Shown one piece after another: positions 1 to 9,418 of a stretch of 32,000 bases of DNA (positions are counted from its first letter, which is position 1; the number at the start of each line of letters is the position of its first letter). The stretch spans positions 300,001 through 332,000 of the forward strand of contig NC_017039.1 in assembly GCF_000284455.1 (NCBI RefSeq), given 5' to 3'. The position numbers were made by a program, and so were the translations under genes. The stretch comes from Synechocystis sp. PCC 6803 substr. PCC-P. GTDB lineage: Bacteria; Cyanobacteriota; Cyanobacteriia; Cyanobacteriales; Microcystaceae. The notes below the pieces were generated by a model. The model worked only from the letters and a program-made list of their open reading frames with translations, was not told where the DNA came from and searched no databases.

Positions 1-1
1 A

Positions 2-883
2 GAATTTTTGCGAGAAGGGTCGGCGGTTTACGATACGTTTAACCCGGACAGAATTGTGTTGGGGGGCAATAATCCCCAGGCCTTGGCTTTAATGCGGGAA
101 CTTTACACGCCCTTAATTGAAAGGCGGGTGGGGGAAAATCCTGAGCTGCCGCCGGTGCCGGTGGTGATGACGGACCTTAGTTCGGCGGAAATGATTAAGT
201 ATGCGGCCAATGCTTTTTTGGCTACCAAAATTAGTTTTATTAACGAGGTGGCCAATATCTGTGACCGGGTAGGGGCGGATGTGACCCAGGTGGCCCAGGG
301 CATTGGCTTGGATTCCCGTATCGGTAGTAAATTTCTTAATGCGGGCATTGGTTGGGGAGGTTCCTGTTTTCCGAAGGATGTGTCTGCGTTGATCCACACT
401 GCGAAGGACTATGGTTACACCACTTCAATTTTGAATGCCGTAGTGGAGGTAAACCAGGTACAACGGCTGATTGTGGTGGAAAAACTACAGCAGGAGTTAA
501 AAATCCTTAAAGGTAAGGTGATTGGCCTGTTGGGATTGACTTTTAAGCCGGATACGGATGATATGCGGGATGCTCCAGCCCTGAACATAATTCAACAACT
601 AAATCGTTTGGGAGCCAAGGTGAAAGCCTATGATCCGATTGTTTCCCAGTCTGGGGTAAGCCATGGTTTATCGGGGGTAAAAATTGAGTCGACCCCGGCT
701 ATGTTGGCGGACCAGTGTGATGCGTTAATTTTGGTGACGGAATGGCAGGAATTTTTAAAGCTAGATTTTCCTGTCCTGGCCAGCCGTATGCATCAGGCTG
801 TGATCATTGATGGTCGTAATTTCCTCGACAAGGAAAAATTGCAAGGGGCAGGATTCCGTTACCTAGGGGTTGGTCGTAGTTAG
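2..883 (+). CDS. UDP-glucose 6-dehydrogenase family, C-terminal part (5' truncated by the window edge)
   Basis: The frame is open from base 2 (GAA TTT TTG CGA GAA GGG = EFLREG), so the listed M at position 8 is a TTG inside the conserved (NP)EFLREGSA motif. Also GWGGSCFPKD with catalytic Cys, GLTFKPDTDDMRDAP, and C-terminal YDP...EF. Confidence 0.95.
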   Translation, partial: EFLREGSAVYDTFNPDRIVLGGNNPQALALMRELYTPLIERRVGENPELPPVPVVMTDLSSAEMIKYAANAFLATKISFINEVANICDRVGADVTQVAQGIGLDSRIGSKFLNAGIGWGGSCFPKDVSALIHTAKDYGYTTSILNAVVEVNQVQRLIVVEKLQQELKILKGKVIGLLGLTFKPDTDDMRDAPALNIIQQLNRLGAKVKAYDPIVSQSGVSHGLSGVKIESTPAMLADQCDALILVTEWQEFLKLDFPVLASRMHQAVIIDGRNFLDKEKLQGAGFRYLGVGRS

Positions 884-1109
884 GGCCATATTCAGCTCAA
901 AAGTTGATGGGGAATTAAACACCGCCAGATAAGTCCTAGTGACAATCTTGCCCAACTTCAATTCCCCCCCTATCTCCCACGGACAGTAGAAATAAACAAC
1001 GTTACAATTAGATACAATCATCGTTGTCAACCATAGGGATAAATGCCTTACCCTGGGCGTGTTTCACCATCACTGACGACGGCATAAAAATTGTCCCATT
1101 GTTTTTCCT

Positions 1110-2354
1110 ATGACCTTTGTAGCCGCTTCCATAACTGATAACCAATTCGATGTGGCGATCGCCGGGGGAGGCGTTGTGGGGCTGGTACTAGCGGCGGGTT
1201 TGCGTCATACGGGGCTGAAAATTGCCATTATCGAAGCTTTACCGAAGGAACAGGCCCTAACTAAGCCCCAGGCCTATGCCATTTCCCTGCTGTCGGGCAA
1301 AATCTTAGCGGGACTGGGGGTCTGGGAAAATATTAAGGACTCCATCGGTCATTTCGAACGCATCCAAATTTCCGATAATGACTATCGGGGTACCGTTCCC
1401 TTTGCCAAGGAAGATGTGGACGAACTGGCCCTGGGCCATGTGGCGGAGCATCCAGTCATTCTGCAGGCGCTGGAAAATTGTGTAGAGCAATGTCCCCGCA
1501 TTGCCTGGTTTCGTCCCGCTGAGTTGATCAGTTTTACGGCGGGAGAGAACCACAAACAGGTCACCCTACAACAGGAAGGCAGAGAAATTACCCTACAAAC
1601 CAAATTGTTGGTGGCGGCGGATGGAGCCCGTTCCCACACCCGTTCCCTGGCGGGGATTCAAACCAAGGGGTGGAAATATTGGCAATCCTGTGTGGCTTTC
1701 ACCATCCAGCATCAAGCCCCTGACAATACCACTGCCTTTGAGCGTTTTTGTGACACTGGTCCCATGGGGATTTTGCCCCTACCCGGCGATCGAGCCCAGA
1801 TTGTCTGGACCATGCCCCACCATAAGGCCCATACCCTAGTGAATCTACCGGAAGCGGATTTTATTACAGAACTGCGCCAACGCATTGGCGATCGCCTAGG
1901 GGAATTTCATTTAATTAATGCCCGCCGTTTATTTCCGGTGCAACTAATGCAGAGCGATTGTTATGTGCAACCCCGCTTGGCATTAGTGGGGGATGCGGCC
2001 CACTGTTGCCATCCGGTGGGGGGTCAGGGTTTAAATTTGGGCATTCGGGACGGAGCCGCCCTGGCCCAGGTTATTGCCACGGCCCACAGCCAAGGGGAAG
2101 ATTGGGGTTCCCTAGCAGTGCTGAAACGTTATGAACATTGGCGTAAACCAGAAAATTGGCTCATTTTGGGCTTCACTGACCTGCTAGATCGTTTCTTTTC
2201 CAGTCATTGGCTGCCGGCGATCGCCTTGAGAAGGTTTGGCCTAGAGGTATTGCGCCTAGTGCCTCCAGCGAAAAAGCTGGCCCTCCGTTTGATGACCGGT
2301 TTGCTCGGTCGGAAACCCCAATTGGCCACAGGGCAATCCTTAGTGAGTCAGTAG
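1110..2354 (+). CDS. FAD-dependent aromatic monooxygenase, UbiH/VisC/COQ6 family
   Basis: N-terminal dinucleotide-binding motif VAIAGGGVVGLVLAAGL, middle DG motif LLVAADGARSHTRSLAGI, C-terminal LVGDAAHCCHPVGGQGLNLGIRDG. Confidence 0.93.
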   Translation: MTFVAASITDNQFDVAIAGGGVVGLVLAAGLRHTGLKIAIIEALPKEQALTKPQAYAISLLSGKILAGLGVWENIKDSIGHFERIQISDNDYRGTVPFAKEDVDELALGHVAEHPVILQALENCVEQCPRIAWFRPAELISFTAGENHKQVTLQQEGREITLQTKLLVAADGARSHTRSLAGIQTKGWKYWQSCVAFTIQHQAPDNTTAFERFCDTGPMGILPLPGDRAQIVWTMPHHKAHTLVNLPEADFITELRQRIGDRLGEFHLINARRLFPVQLMQSDCYVQPRLALVGDAAHCCHPVGGQGLNLGIRDGAALAQVIATAHSQGEDWGSLAVLKRYEHWRKPENWLILGFTDLLDRFFSSHWLPAIALRRFGLEVLRLVPPAKKLALRLMTGLLGRKPQLATGQSLVSQ

Positions 2355-2366
2355 CTCTAGGTATTC

Positions 2367-2789
2367 CTAGATAGTGAGGCGACGGGCAATCAAACTCCCC
2401 AGCAATACACCGATCGTCCCGATTCCTAAACTCCCTAAACCGTAGAGCACTCCCTGGCCCAACTGTCCCATACGCCAGAGGGAAGTCACTTCCAAGGCAT
2501 AGGTGGAAAAGGTGGTGTAAGAACCCAAAAATCCCACTGCTAAAAGCAACCTTAAATCCGGAGACATCAAGGCCGGTTGGGTCGCCAATGTCACCACCAG
2601 ACCCATACCCACACAACCGGAAAAATTAATTAAAAAAGTGGCATAGGGTAAATCGTTACCAAAAAGCCCGGCCAGAAAAATAGTGGCATAGTAGCGGGCC
2701 AACGCCCCCGGTATGGCTCCTAAAATAATTGCCAATGGCGACCTGAGAGAAGCTGGCATGGCCCCCAACCATTGCAATAAAGGATTCAT
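2367..2789 (-). CDS. crcB: Fluoride ion channel/exporter CrcB (Fluc) family
   Basis: About 125-140 aa, four hydrophobic segments, G(A)xxGALARY, GFLGSYTTFSTY signature. Start overlaps the stop of the upstream minus-strand gene (ATGA). Confidence 0.88.
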   Translation of the reverse strand: MNPLLQWLGAMPASLRSPLAIILGAIPGALARYYATIFLAGLFGNDLPYATFLINFSGCVGMGLVVTLATQPALMSPDLRLLLAVGFLGSYTTFSTYALEVTSLWRMGQLGQGVLYGLGSLGIGTIGVLLGSLIARRLTI

Positions 2790-3052
2790 ACAAGATCGTC
2801 AAAATCGAATTCCCGGTCTAATTGTTGTTGGGAAGGGACTCCCCGCCGACGATTACCACCGGGTAACGGGGCCAACAAACTACCTACCACCAGTCCCCCG
2901 GCCAAGGAAAATACCAACAGCAGACCCACCGGCATCTCAATAGACTGCAATGTCAAAAAACTCAGGGCCACAGGGGTGACATTTTGGATAGTCAATAATG
3001 CCAGGGATATTAACCCCAAAGCTAAAACCATGGCGATCGCCAATTGACTCAT
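2786..3052 (-). CDS. Small LapA/DUF1049-like two-TM membrane protein
   Basis: ORF track gives 2786..3190, but the ATG at 3052 (MSQLAIAMVLALGLISLALLTIQNVTPVALSFL...) gives a more typical N-terminus. The N..V.L.FL spacing and second TM helix resemble LapA-domain proteins. Confidence 0.65.
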   Translation of the reverse strand: MSQLAIAMVLALGLISLALLTIQNVTPVALSFLTLQSIEMPVGLLLVFSLAGGLVVGSLLAPLPGGNRRRGVPSQQQLDREFDFDDLV

Positions 3053-3423
3053 GCGACGTAGCATCCAACGAAAACTCCCCTCTGCGGTCGGCTCCACTCC
3101 CCAAGGATAGCTCAAAAGCCAGCCCAAGCCGTTCCCATTACCCCCAAGCTGAAACCACCAACCCTTGCCACTGCAGAAAAAATCGAGCATTCTGGATTAT
3201 GAGGATTACGGTTAAAATAGTTGGCCGTCAGCCACGGCGACAACGGTGGCAGCAAGAGTAATAAAAAACAACACCAGTGGACTTGCCCTATTCCACTTTT
3301 TTCCATGTTCATCCCCCCAAAGATGGGACTGACATGCCCTGAAGAGAGCCCTATGGTGGTAGTAGAGCAGTCAAAGCTCTAATTTGGTCTCGGTGTGTTA
3401 GGACGTGTCAAGGAGAGAAGCTG

Positions 3424-3621
3424 ATGAAATTACAGCATCCCAAACCCCACAATTCTGTCCGTCGGGCGCTGCGCTCTTGGGCCGGCCCCTTGGCGATCGC
3501 CCTAGTGATGATCATTGGCCTGGAAACGGCGGCCACAGCGGCTTTTTCTAGTCTCGAGGAACATACCGTTGTTTATAACGGCAAATGCCCCGGTGACAGG
3601 GACGATGACTGTAGGGACTAA
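3424..3621 (+). CDS. Small predicted secreted peptide (65 aa), unknown function
   Basis: AAGGAG ribosome-binding site at 3410-3415, 8 nt before the ATG. Signal peptide-like N-terminus RRALRSWAGPLAIALVMIIGLETAATA|AFSS, followed by a roughly 26-aa tail with two Cys. Confidence 0.6.
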   Translation: MKLQHPKPHNSVRRALRSWAGPLAIALVMIIGLETAATAAFSSLEEHTVVYNGKCPGDRDDDCRD

Positions 3622-3938
3622 GCAGACAATTGTCCGTTGGTTAAGGACACTGGTTGACTAATAAACCGGTAATTAATCCTAGCTAGCGGACCATTAGCTT
3701 AGTCTTCTACCACTTATTACTAAGGGCAGGCGAGGGAAAATCTCCTTCACCTCCTTTTTTTTTGACAATTTTTGCCAGTGTGGAGGCAAAATAGAAGCAG
3801 TTTGGTCAGATTTTCCTCTAATTACTCCAGGGGTAAGCTAAAAAAATTCCCGCGGTCCTGCCCATCGGCGGGCTTAAGATTAAAATAAAGCGAGAACTTT
3901 CCCGACAAAATCGTCTCCACTGCTCAGGACAACGACTT

Positions 3939-5546
3939 GTGCTCTATCTGGCTGAAATTAAGAAACAAACCAAAAACTTTTTAGGCGGTTACAAAACCGA
4001 GTTAAAACTTCTGGCCTGTCAGCACAGTGATCAGACCTGGAGTGCCCTGCCTAACGAAGAAAACTTCCAAACCGACGACATGGGAGAAGCCAGGGAGGGA
4101 ACCCTATGGATCCTAAACCTGAGTAATAGTCGCTCCCTACAAGGGACTCCAGAAGTAGCGGCGCCAGAGTTAGTGCGGCAGTTGCAAAAACTGTCCCGCC
4201 TCTCGGAAAAACTCAAGGAACAACAGAGCGAAATTGAACGTTGGCGAGAATCCCTCACTTTTCAGTTCCAAGAACTGAGCCAGCGAGAAATGGAAATTGA
4301 AGCGAAGGAGTCGGAGGTTGAAGACCGAGCCAATCAGCTTGCCCAGGTGGAACAGCAAAGATATGAGGTGGAGCAGGCCCGACAAAGGTTAGAAGGGGAA
4401 AGAGAACAATTGACCGAACTCCAACAGCAGTTTGGCAGTTTGCTGGAAAATAGTGCTGAAAATCGGGAAGTGTTACAGGGCATACTCCACCGGTTAGGAG
4501 CTTACCCGGAAGCTATCCCCGCCCTATTTACGGCCGCAGCCAATGCCCAGCAAAGCACCGACCAACAACAACAGATCTTTAATGACCATTGGCAGATGGT
4601 TACCAGTGCAGAACAGGAGTTGGGACGGAACCAAGCATTAATTCAGCAAAAACAGGAATTATTGGTCATCCATGGGCAGGAATTGGATGCCATCGCCCAA
4701 GAATTAGCTAAAGCGAAAGTTCAACTAACAGTGGAACAGGAGGGGGTGGTTAATGGCCAAAAGCTCCTGACCCAATTGAAAGCTGAAATTGCGGCCGCTG
4801 AAAGCTTACAAACCAATCTCTATCGATTGGCCACCGGCGCAATGAGTGTCGATAAAGACCATCAAATTGATGTGCAACATCTGGAACAATTGCCCCTGGG
4901 GGAACTGGAGGAAACCGTTAAAGCATTGCAAACTGATATGCAAAAATTAGCCCGCTTTGTTAACGATCAAGAGGAAGAGTTAACTCTGCAATGCGAAGAA
5001 GTGGAAGCTATCCAAGCCCGCCTAGAAGCCGCCGATGAGTATAGTCGTCTCACCATTGAGGAGGAGTTAAACGAAGAGCAGGAAAGGAAGCGCATGCTGG
5101 ACGAAACCCTGATTGGGCAGCGCCGCAACCTCAAGGAGCGCCAGGAAGTGTTGTTGCAACATCTCAAAATTCTTCGTCGTCGCCAGGGCATTGTGGAAAT
5201 TGACGACAGTATTCCCAACATTGATTTGGATCCGGTTATCCAACAATTGGAGGGGCGCAAGCATAAACTCCAGGAGGAAAAAAATAAGCTGGAACAAAAT
5301 TTGCAGTCCACTAGGCAGGGTTTGGCAGAAATTGAAACCATGATTGCTAGTCTCGACCAGCAGTACCAGGCGAAAAAGACTAATTTTGAGCAAAACCGTC
5401 GGGAAGTGGAAGATTTACAGAAACAGACAGCGGCGCTAGAAGCCCAGGGTCGTTTGTTGAGGGCAGCTTTGCAACCTCTGCAGGATCAGTTGGATGTAAT
5501 GAAACCCCGGTTGCAGGAAATGCAGACCCTATTGTTTGGCGGTTAG
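3939..5546 (+). CDS. Large coiled-coil protein resembling cyanobacterial HmpF (type IV pilus/motility-associated)
   Basis: GTG start, N-terminus MLYLAEIKKQTKNFLGGYKTELKLLACQHSDQTWSALP followed by about 400 aa of Q/E/L-rich heptads. The HmpF call rests on recollection of the N-terminal pattern. Confidence 0.65.
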   Translation: MLYLAEIKKQTKNFLGGYKTELKLLACQHSDQTWSALPNEENFQTDDMGEAREGTLWILNLSNSRSLQGTPEVAAPELVRQLQKLSRLSEKLKEQQSEIERWRESLTFQFQELSQREMEIEAKESEVEDRANQLAQVEQQRYEVEQARQRLEGEREQLTELQQQFGSLLENSAENREVLQGILHRLGAYPEAIPALFTAAANAQQSTDQQQQIFNDHWQMVTSAEQELGRNQALIQQKQELLVIHGQELDAIAQELAKAKVQLTVEQEGVVNGQKLLTQLKAEIAAAESLQTNLYRLATGAMSVDKDHQIDVQHLEQLPLGELEETVKALQTDMQKLARFVNDQEEELTLQCEEVEAIQARLEAADEYSRLTIEEELNEEQERKRMLDETLIGQRRNLKERQEVLLQHLKILRRRQGIVEIDDSIPNIDLDPVIQQLEGRKHKLQEEKNKLEQNLQSTRQGLAEIETMIASLDQQYQAKKTNFEQNRREVEDLQKQTAALEAQGRLLRAALQPLQDQLDVMKPRLQEMQTLLFGG

Positions 5547-5675
5547 TTGGGTTGGTTGCCGACTTCCATCGATTGGGGCTGAAGAAATTTCCTTGTGCCC
5601 TGGCATTCTGGCCTGGATTGCTGGGATAATGGCCTCTATTATGGGCTTTTGTATCGAAACCATAGTTCTGAAGTT

Positions 5676-6824
5676 ATGACCCAAACCTCCCTCGCCCCGT
5701 CCCGTCATCCCCTCAGAGGATATATTCAAAATCTAGAGGCGGGGCAGGCCCTGTTGGTGGATTCCCCGGCTAACACGCTGGAAGTGGTGGGCATCCTCAA
5801 AAGCTATGGTGTGATCCTCGATGCCTATTCCATCAATCTGCAACACATTGCCCATACCCAGTATCTGAAGTTATTTCCCTTTTTTAAATATTTCAACGGT
5901 AATGTCAATGGCGATCGCCTATTGAAACATTGGTGGCACAATCGCATTAACTACGAGTATGCAGAATATTGCATGAAGGCAATGATGTGGCATGGAGGGG
6001 GAAAATTGGATGAATATCTAGACAGTGCCGAGTTTAAAGCCAATGTTAAAAAGTTAATTAAAGCGAAAATCAAAGGCAATCCTTTTTTGCAATTACTTAA
6101 CCAGATTTTTCCCGAATTTTTGCCGGAACAAATGCGAATGATGGCCTATTATTCCGCCTTGGGTCAATTCTGGCGGGTGATGGCGGATATGTTTTTGAAT
6201 TTATCTGACCGCCATGACCGGGGAGAAATCAAAACCATTCCTGATGTGGTGCAACATATCCAAGACGGCCTAGTGGCCGATGCCGCCCGCCCCATTATTT
6301 ACCGGGTGGAGTTGGGGGGAACTACCTACGATGTTTTGCCCCCCAGTGCCAATTTAGCTTTTTTGATGGAAACCGCAGTGCCCTACGTGGAGGCGGTGTT
6401 TTTCCGGGGTACTCCTTTCCCTGGCACCATTTCCTACAATGCCCAAGCGGGACAGATTCCCCCTGACCAAAGCCTGTTTACCTATGGGGCCCTCTATGCC
6501 GATCCCCTCCCCGTTGGTGGAGCTGGCATTCCCCCCACCTTGCTAATGCAGGATATGCGCCACTTTTTGCCGGACTATCTCCGACGGGTTTATCAGGCAT
6601 CCCTACGGCAGGAAGGGGATTTACTGGTGCAAATTTGTGAAAGTTTTCAAAAATCAATGTTTTGTGTCACCACCGCGGCCATTCGTGGTTTAGCACCCTA
6701 TCCCCTGGAGACCGATAATCCCCAGGAACAGGAGACTAACCGAGCTTACCTGGAAAGTTGGATGAATCGTTTTCTCACTTCCCGGGTGGAGATTATTAAC
6801 CAACCCTCAACCATGGCCGATTAG
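5676..6824 (+). CDS. cupB: CO2 hydration protein of a specialised NDH-1 complex (CupA/CupB, ChpX/ChpY family; most like CupB/ChpX)
   Basis: Track ORF begins at 5595, but the ATG at 5676 (MTQTSLAPSRHPL...) is the likelier start. Family features: AHTQYLKLFPFFKYFNG, LLKHWWHNRINYEYAEYCMKAMMWHGGGKLD, YYSALGQFWRVMADMF. Confidence 0.88.
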   Translation: MTQTSLAPSRHPLRGYIQNLEAGQALLVDSPANTLEVVGILKSYGVILDAYSINLQHIAHTQYLKLFPFFKYFNGNVNGDRLLKHWWHNRINYEYAEYCMKAMMWHGGGKLDEYLDSAEFKANVKKLIKAKIKGNPFLQLLNQIFPEFLPEQMRMMAYYSALGQFWRVMADMFLNLSDRHDRGEIKTIPDVVQHIQDGLVADAARPIIYRVELGGTTYDVLPPSANLAFLMETAVPYVEAVFFRGTPFPGTISYNAQAGQIPPDQSLFTYGALYADPLPVGGAGIPPTLLMQDMRHFLPDYLRRVYQASLRQEGDLLVQICESFQKSMFCVTTAAIRGLAPYPLETDNPQEQETNRAYLESWMNRFLTSRVEIINQPSTMAD

Positions 6825-6843
6825 CCGGCTCTCCATCAGCACT

Positions 6844-8076
6844 GTGGTTGAAAATCTTGAAACTATTGACCAAGCAATGGAGCGGTGTCGCACAGAAACT
6901 CTCCGCCTGTTGCACCGCATTCCCCCAACCCTAGGCGATCGCCAATGGCACCCAGATTTCAGCCCCATTGATTGGCACTTTGGTCACATTGCCTTTACCG
7001 AAGCCCTTTGGCTATTGCCGGAGCAGGAGCGGAAAAAATTTCATACCCCGTCTTACCAAAAATTGTTCCGAGCCGATGGTTTATCGAAATCGGAACGCTG
7101 TGCATTACCTAGCCGTGGAGTTATTGAGCAATATTTAGGGGAAGTTAGGGCCTCTGTGAAGCAGGTCTGGGGATCGACTGATCGATCCTGGGACCGAGCC
7201 CAAGCAAGGTTAAGGTGGTGGCTCCTACAACACGAAGTCCAACATAGTGAAACCATTAGTTTTTTAAGTCATTTAGCCGGAATTGATTTAGGGGTTAATA
7301 GCCAAATCCCTGGGGACGAATGCCCAGAACCAGTGCTGGAGGCAACCATGGTGCCTATTCCCGCTGGAGGTTTTTACCAAGGCAGTGAGCAAATATGGGC
7401 CCAGGACAACGAACGCCCCGTCCATTGGGTCGAAGTAGAACAGTTCTGGCTAGATAAATACCCAGTTACCCAGGCCCAATACCAACAATTTATCGATGCT
7501 GGTGGTTATCAACAAAGTAAATACTGGACAGAAGCCGGTTGGCAATGGCGATCGATGGCGAACGTCACAGCACCGCTTTATTGGCACCCCGAAAGTAATA
7601 CCCAGAACCATCCCGTCTACGGAGTCAGTGCCTACGAAGCGGAAGCTTATGCCAATTTTGTGGGTAAACGTTTACCCACAGAGCAGGAATGGGAAAGGGC
7701 CGCCCGTTGGTCTGGTCAGCATAACTCCAGCACCTATCCCTGGGAGGAAACTTTGCCAACCAAAGAGCAATGTAACTTTAATAATCACCGTGGGCGCACA
7801 ACCCCTGTCCATTATTATGACCAGGGTCGTAATCAAGGGGGCTGTTATGACCTGTTGGGCAACGTATGGGAATGGACAGCTTCTACTTTCGAGCCCTACG
7901 ACAATTTTCAACCCTATCCCTATCGGGGTTACTCCCAAGCCTATTTTGATGGGGAACATCGGGTGATGCGGGGCGGCAGTTGGGCCACCCGTAGTTGGGG
8001 CTTAAGGGCCAGCTTTCGCAATTGGTACCATCCTTGGACTAGACAAGTTTTGGTCGGTTTTCGTTGTGCCAGTTAA
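6844..8076 (+). CDS. EgtB-like protein: DinB-like N-terminal domain plus SUMF1/formylglycine-generating enzyme-type C-terminal domain
   Basis: GTG start. PIDWHFGHIAFTE and LQHEVQHSETISFL His motifs; WHLDKYPVTQAQYQQF-like segment, VYGVSAYEAEAYANFVGKRLPTEQEWERAA, LLGNVWEWTAS, MRGGSWATRSWGLRASFRNWYHP. Confidence 0.87.
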   Translation: MVENLETIDQAMERCRTETLRLLHRIPPTLGDRQWHPDFSPIDWHFGHIAFTEALWLLPEQERKKFHTPSYQKLFRADGLSKSERCALPSRGVIEQYLGEVRASVKQVWGSTDRSWDRAQARLRWWLLQHEVQHSETISFLSHLAGIDLGVNSQIPGDECPEPVLEATMVPIPAGGFYQGSEQIWAQDNERPVHWVEVEQFWLDKYPVTQAQYQQFIDAGGYQQSKYWTEAGWQWRSMANVTAPLYWHPESNTQNHPVYGVSAYEAEAYANFVGKRLPTEQEWERAARWSGQHNSSTYPWEETLPTKEQCNFNNHRGRTTPVHYYDQGRNQGGCYDLLGNVWEWTASTFEPYDNFQPYPYRGYSQAYFDGEHRVMRGGSWATRSWGLRASFRNWYHPWTRQVLVGFRCAS

Positions 8077-8113
8077 GCTTCAGCAGAAATGTCATCAAAC
8101 TATTTTTTTACTG

Positions 8114-9418
8114 CTAAAAACCACCTACAAAGCGCCCAGGACTAAAAGTATTGTGGGGGTCGAACTGATTTTTTAGACGGCCCATCATAGCCAAACCATG
8201 GCCACTCTGGCCCCAAACGTCCCAGTGTTTTTTACATTCCGGAGACGCTTCTAACACCGTTACATAACCACCATAATTCTGACAAATTTGCCTTTGCTGG
8301 TTCAACTTTTCCCGGTCCAGTTGGCCAAAACGTACCCAACCAATGCCATTGCCCAATTGTACATGTCCCAACCCTGGTAACTGTTGCAGAAAATCCGCTG
8401 CCTTAGCGGGTAAAAGACCAAACTTACAGAGTATGGTTTCCGTAGTACCCTGCCCGGCCATGGCATTTTCCCACCGTTGCCAAAGTTCGCTCTCTGCTTG
8501 ATTGTCAAAGGACTGGCTGGCCAAGGTCAAAGTTTGGGCGAGTTTTTTTACCTCATCAATCTGGGCCTGCACCACCGGCTCTAGGTTTTGGAAACGGACG
8601 AGTAAGCCCAATTCTTCCCCAAGGTTTAATGCTTGAACTAGAGCCGGGGAACAGATTAGGGCCGCGGTGGGTGCCAGTCCCGATCGCCGCAGGGCTTGGC
8701 TGAGTTTGGCTAGTTGGTTGGTATCACCAGTTAAAAAAACTGTTTGGGAATGGGAAGGTAGAGGGTAAAGACGGAAGGTAATTTGGGAAATAAAACCTAA
8801 CGTGCCGTAGGAACCAACGAAAAGTTTCATCAGGTCATAACCTGCCACATTTTTGACCACCCTACCGCCGGCTTTGGCCAGTTGCCCATCCCAGCGGACA
8901 AAGGAGAACCCCAAAACTAGGTCTCGCACCCCACCGTAACGCTGTTGCCACGGCCCCGCACAACCTGTGGCCATAATGCCTCCCACCGTTGCCTGGTCAT
9001 GGTAGAGGGGATTAAGGGGCAGAAATTGCTGATGGGGTTGCAAAATAGCCTGTAAATCCTTGAGTTTGACCCCCGCTTCCACCGTCACGGTCAAATCTGC
9101 CACCGCATGGTCAACAATCCTATTCAGGCCAGCACTGCTAACCAGTAACTGCACCGGCTTAGCTAATCCACCCCAAGCCAATTTACTTTGGTTGCCACAG
9201 GGGATGACTGGCCAATTATTTCGATCGCACTCACTTAGCAAACATTGCAACTCTTGCTGACTTTCTGGGGCCACCCAATGACTGGGGGCATGTTCCGGCT
9301 CAGCTAAAGCCTGGGCGATCGCCATTTGTTGGTGGGGAGGCAAATCTTGGACGGAACAGCTAGAGCTGTGGGGAAAGTTTTGGGGTGAAAAAGGTAGGGA
9401 AACAACAGCCATGGGCAT
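8114..9418 (-). CDS. glcE: Glycolate dehydrogenase FAD-binding subunit GlcE-like
   Basis: Track start 9430 is TTG; the ATG at 9418 is favoured. PCMH-type FAD-binding motif PVIPCGNQSKLAWGG, TVEAGVKLKDLQAIL, DQATVGGIMATGCAGPWQQRYGGVRDLVLG, KNVAGYDLMKLFVGSYGTLGFI, C-terminal FDPHNTFSPGRFVGGF. Confidence 0.87.
   Translation of the reverse strand: MPMAVVSLPFSPQNFPHSSSCSVQDLPPHQQMAIAQALAEPEHAPSHWVAPESQQELQCLLSECDRNNWPVIPCGNQSKLAWGGLAKPVQLLVSSAGLNRIVDHAVADLTVTVEAGVKLKDLQAILQPHQQFLPLNPLYHDQATVGGIMATGCAGPWQQRYGGVRDLVLGFSFVRWDGQLAKAGGRVVKNVAGYDLMKLFVGSYGTLGFISQITFRLYPLPSHSQTVFLTGDTNQLAKLSQALRRSGLAPTAALICSPALVQALNLGEELGLLVRFQNLEPVVQAQIDEVKKLAQTLTLASQSFDNQAESELWQRWENAMAGQGTTETILCKFGLLPAKAADFLQQLPGLGHVQLGNGIGWVRFGQLDREKLNQQRQICQNYGGYVTVLEASPECKKHWDVWGQSGHGLAMMGRLKNQFDPHNTFSPGRFVGGF

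Noticed and set aside
2173-2616. 147-aa minus-strand ORF
   Set aside because: It is antisense to the 3' end of the UbiH-like gene and also overlaps crcB in another frame. No family features.
3112-3312. 66-aa minus-strand ORF with a hydrophobic stretch
   Set aside because: Considered as a small membrane protein, but it overlaps the over-extended upstream part of the LapA-like ORF. It lacks a good RBS or recognisable family, so it is not supportable.
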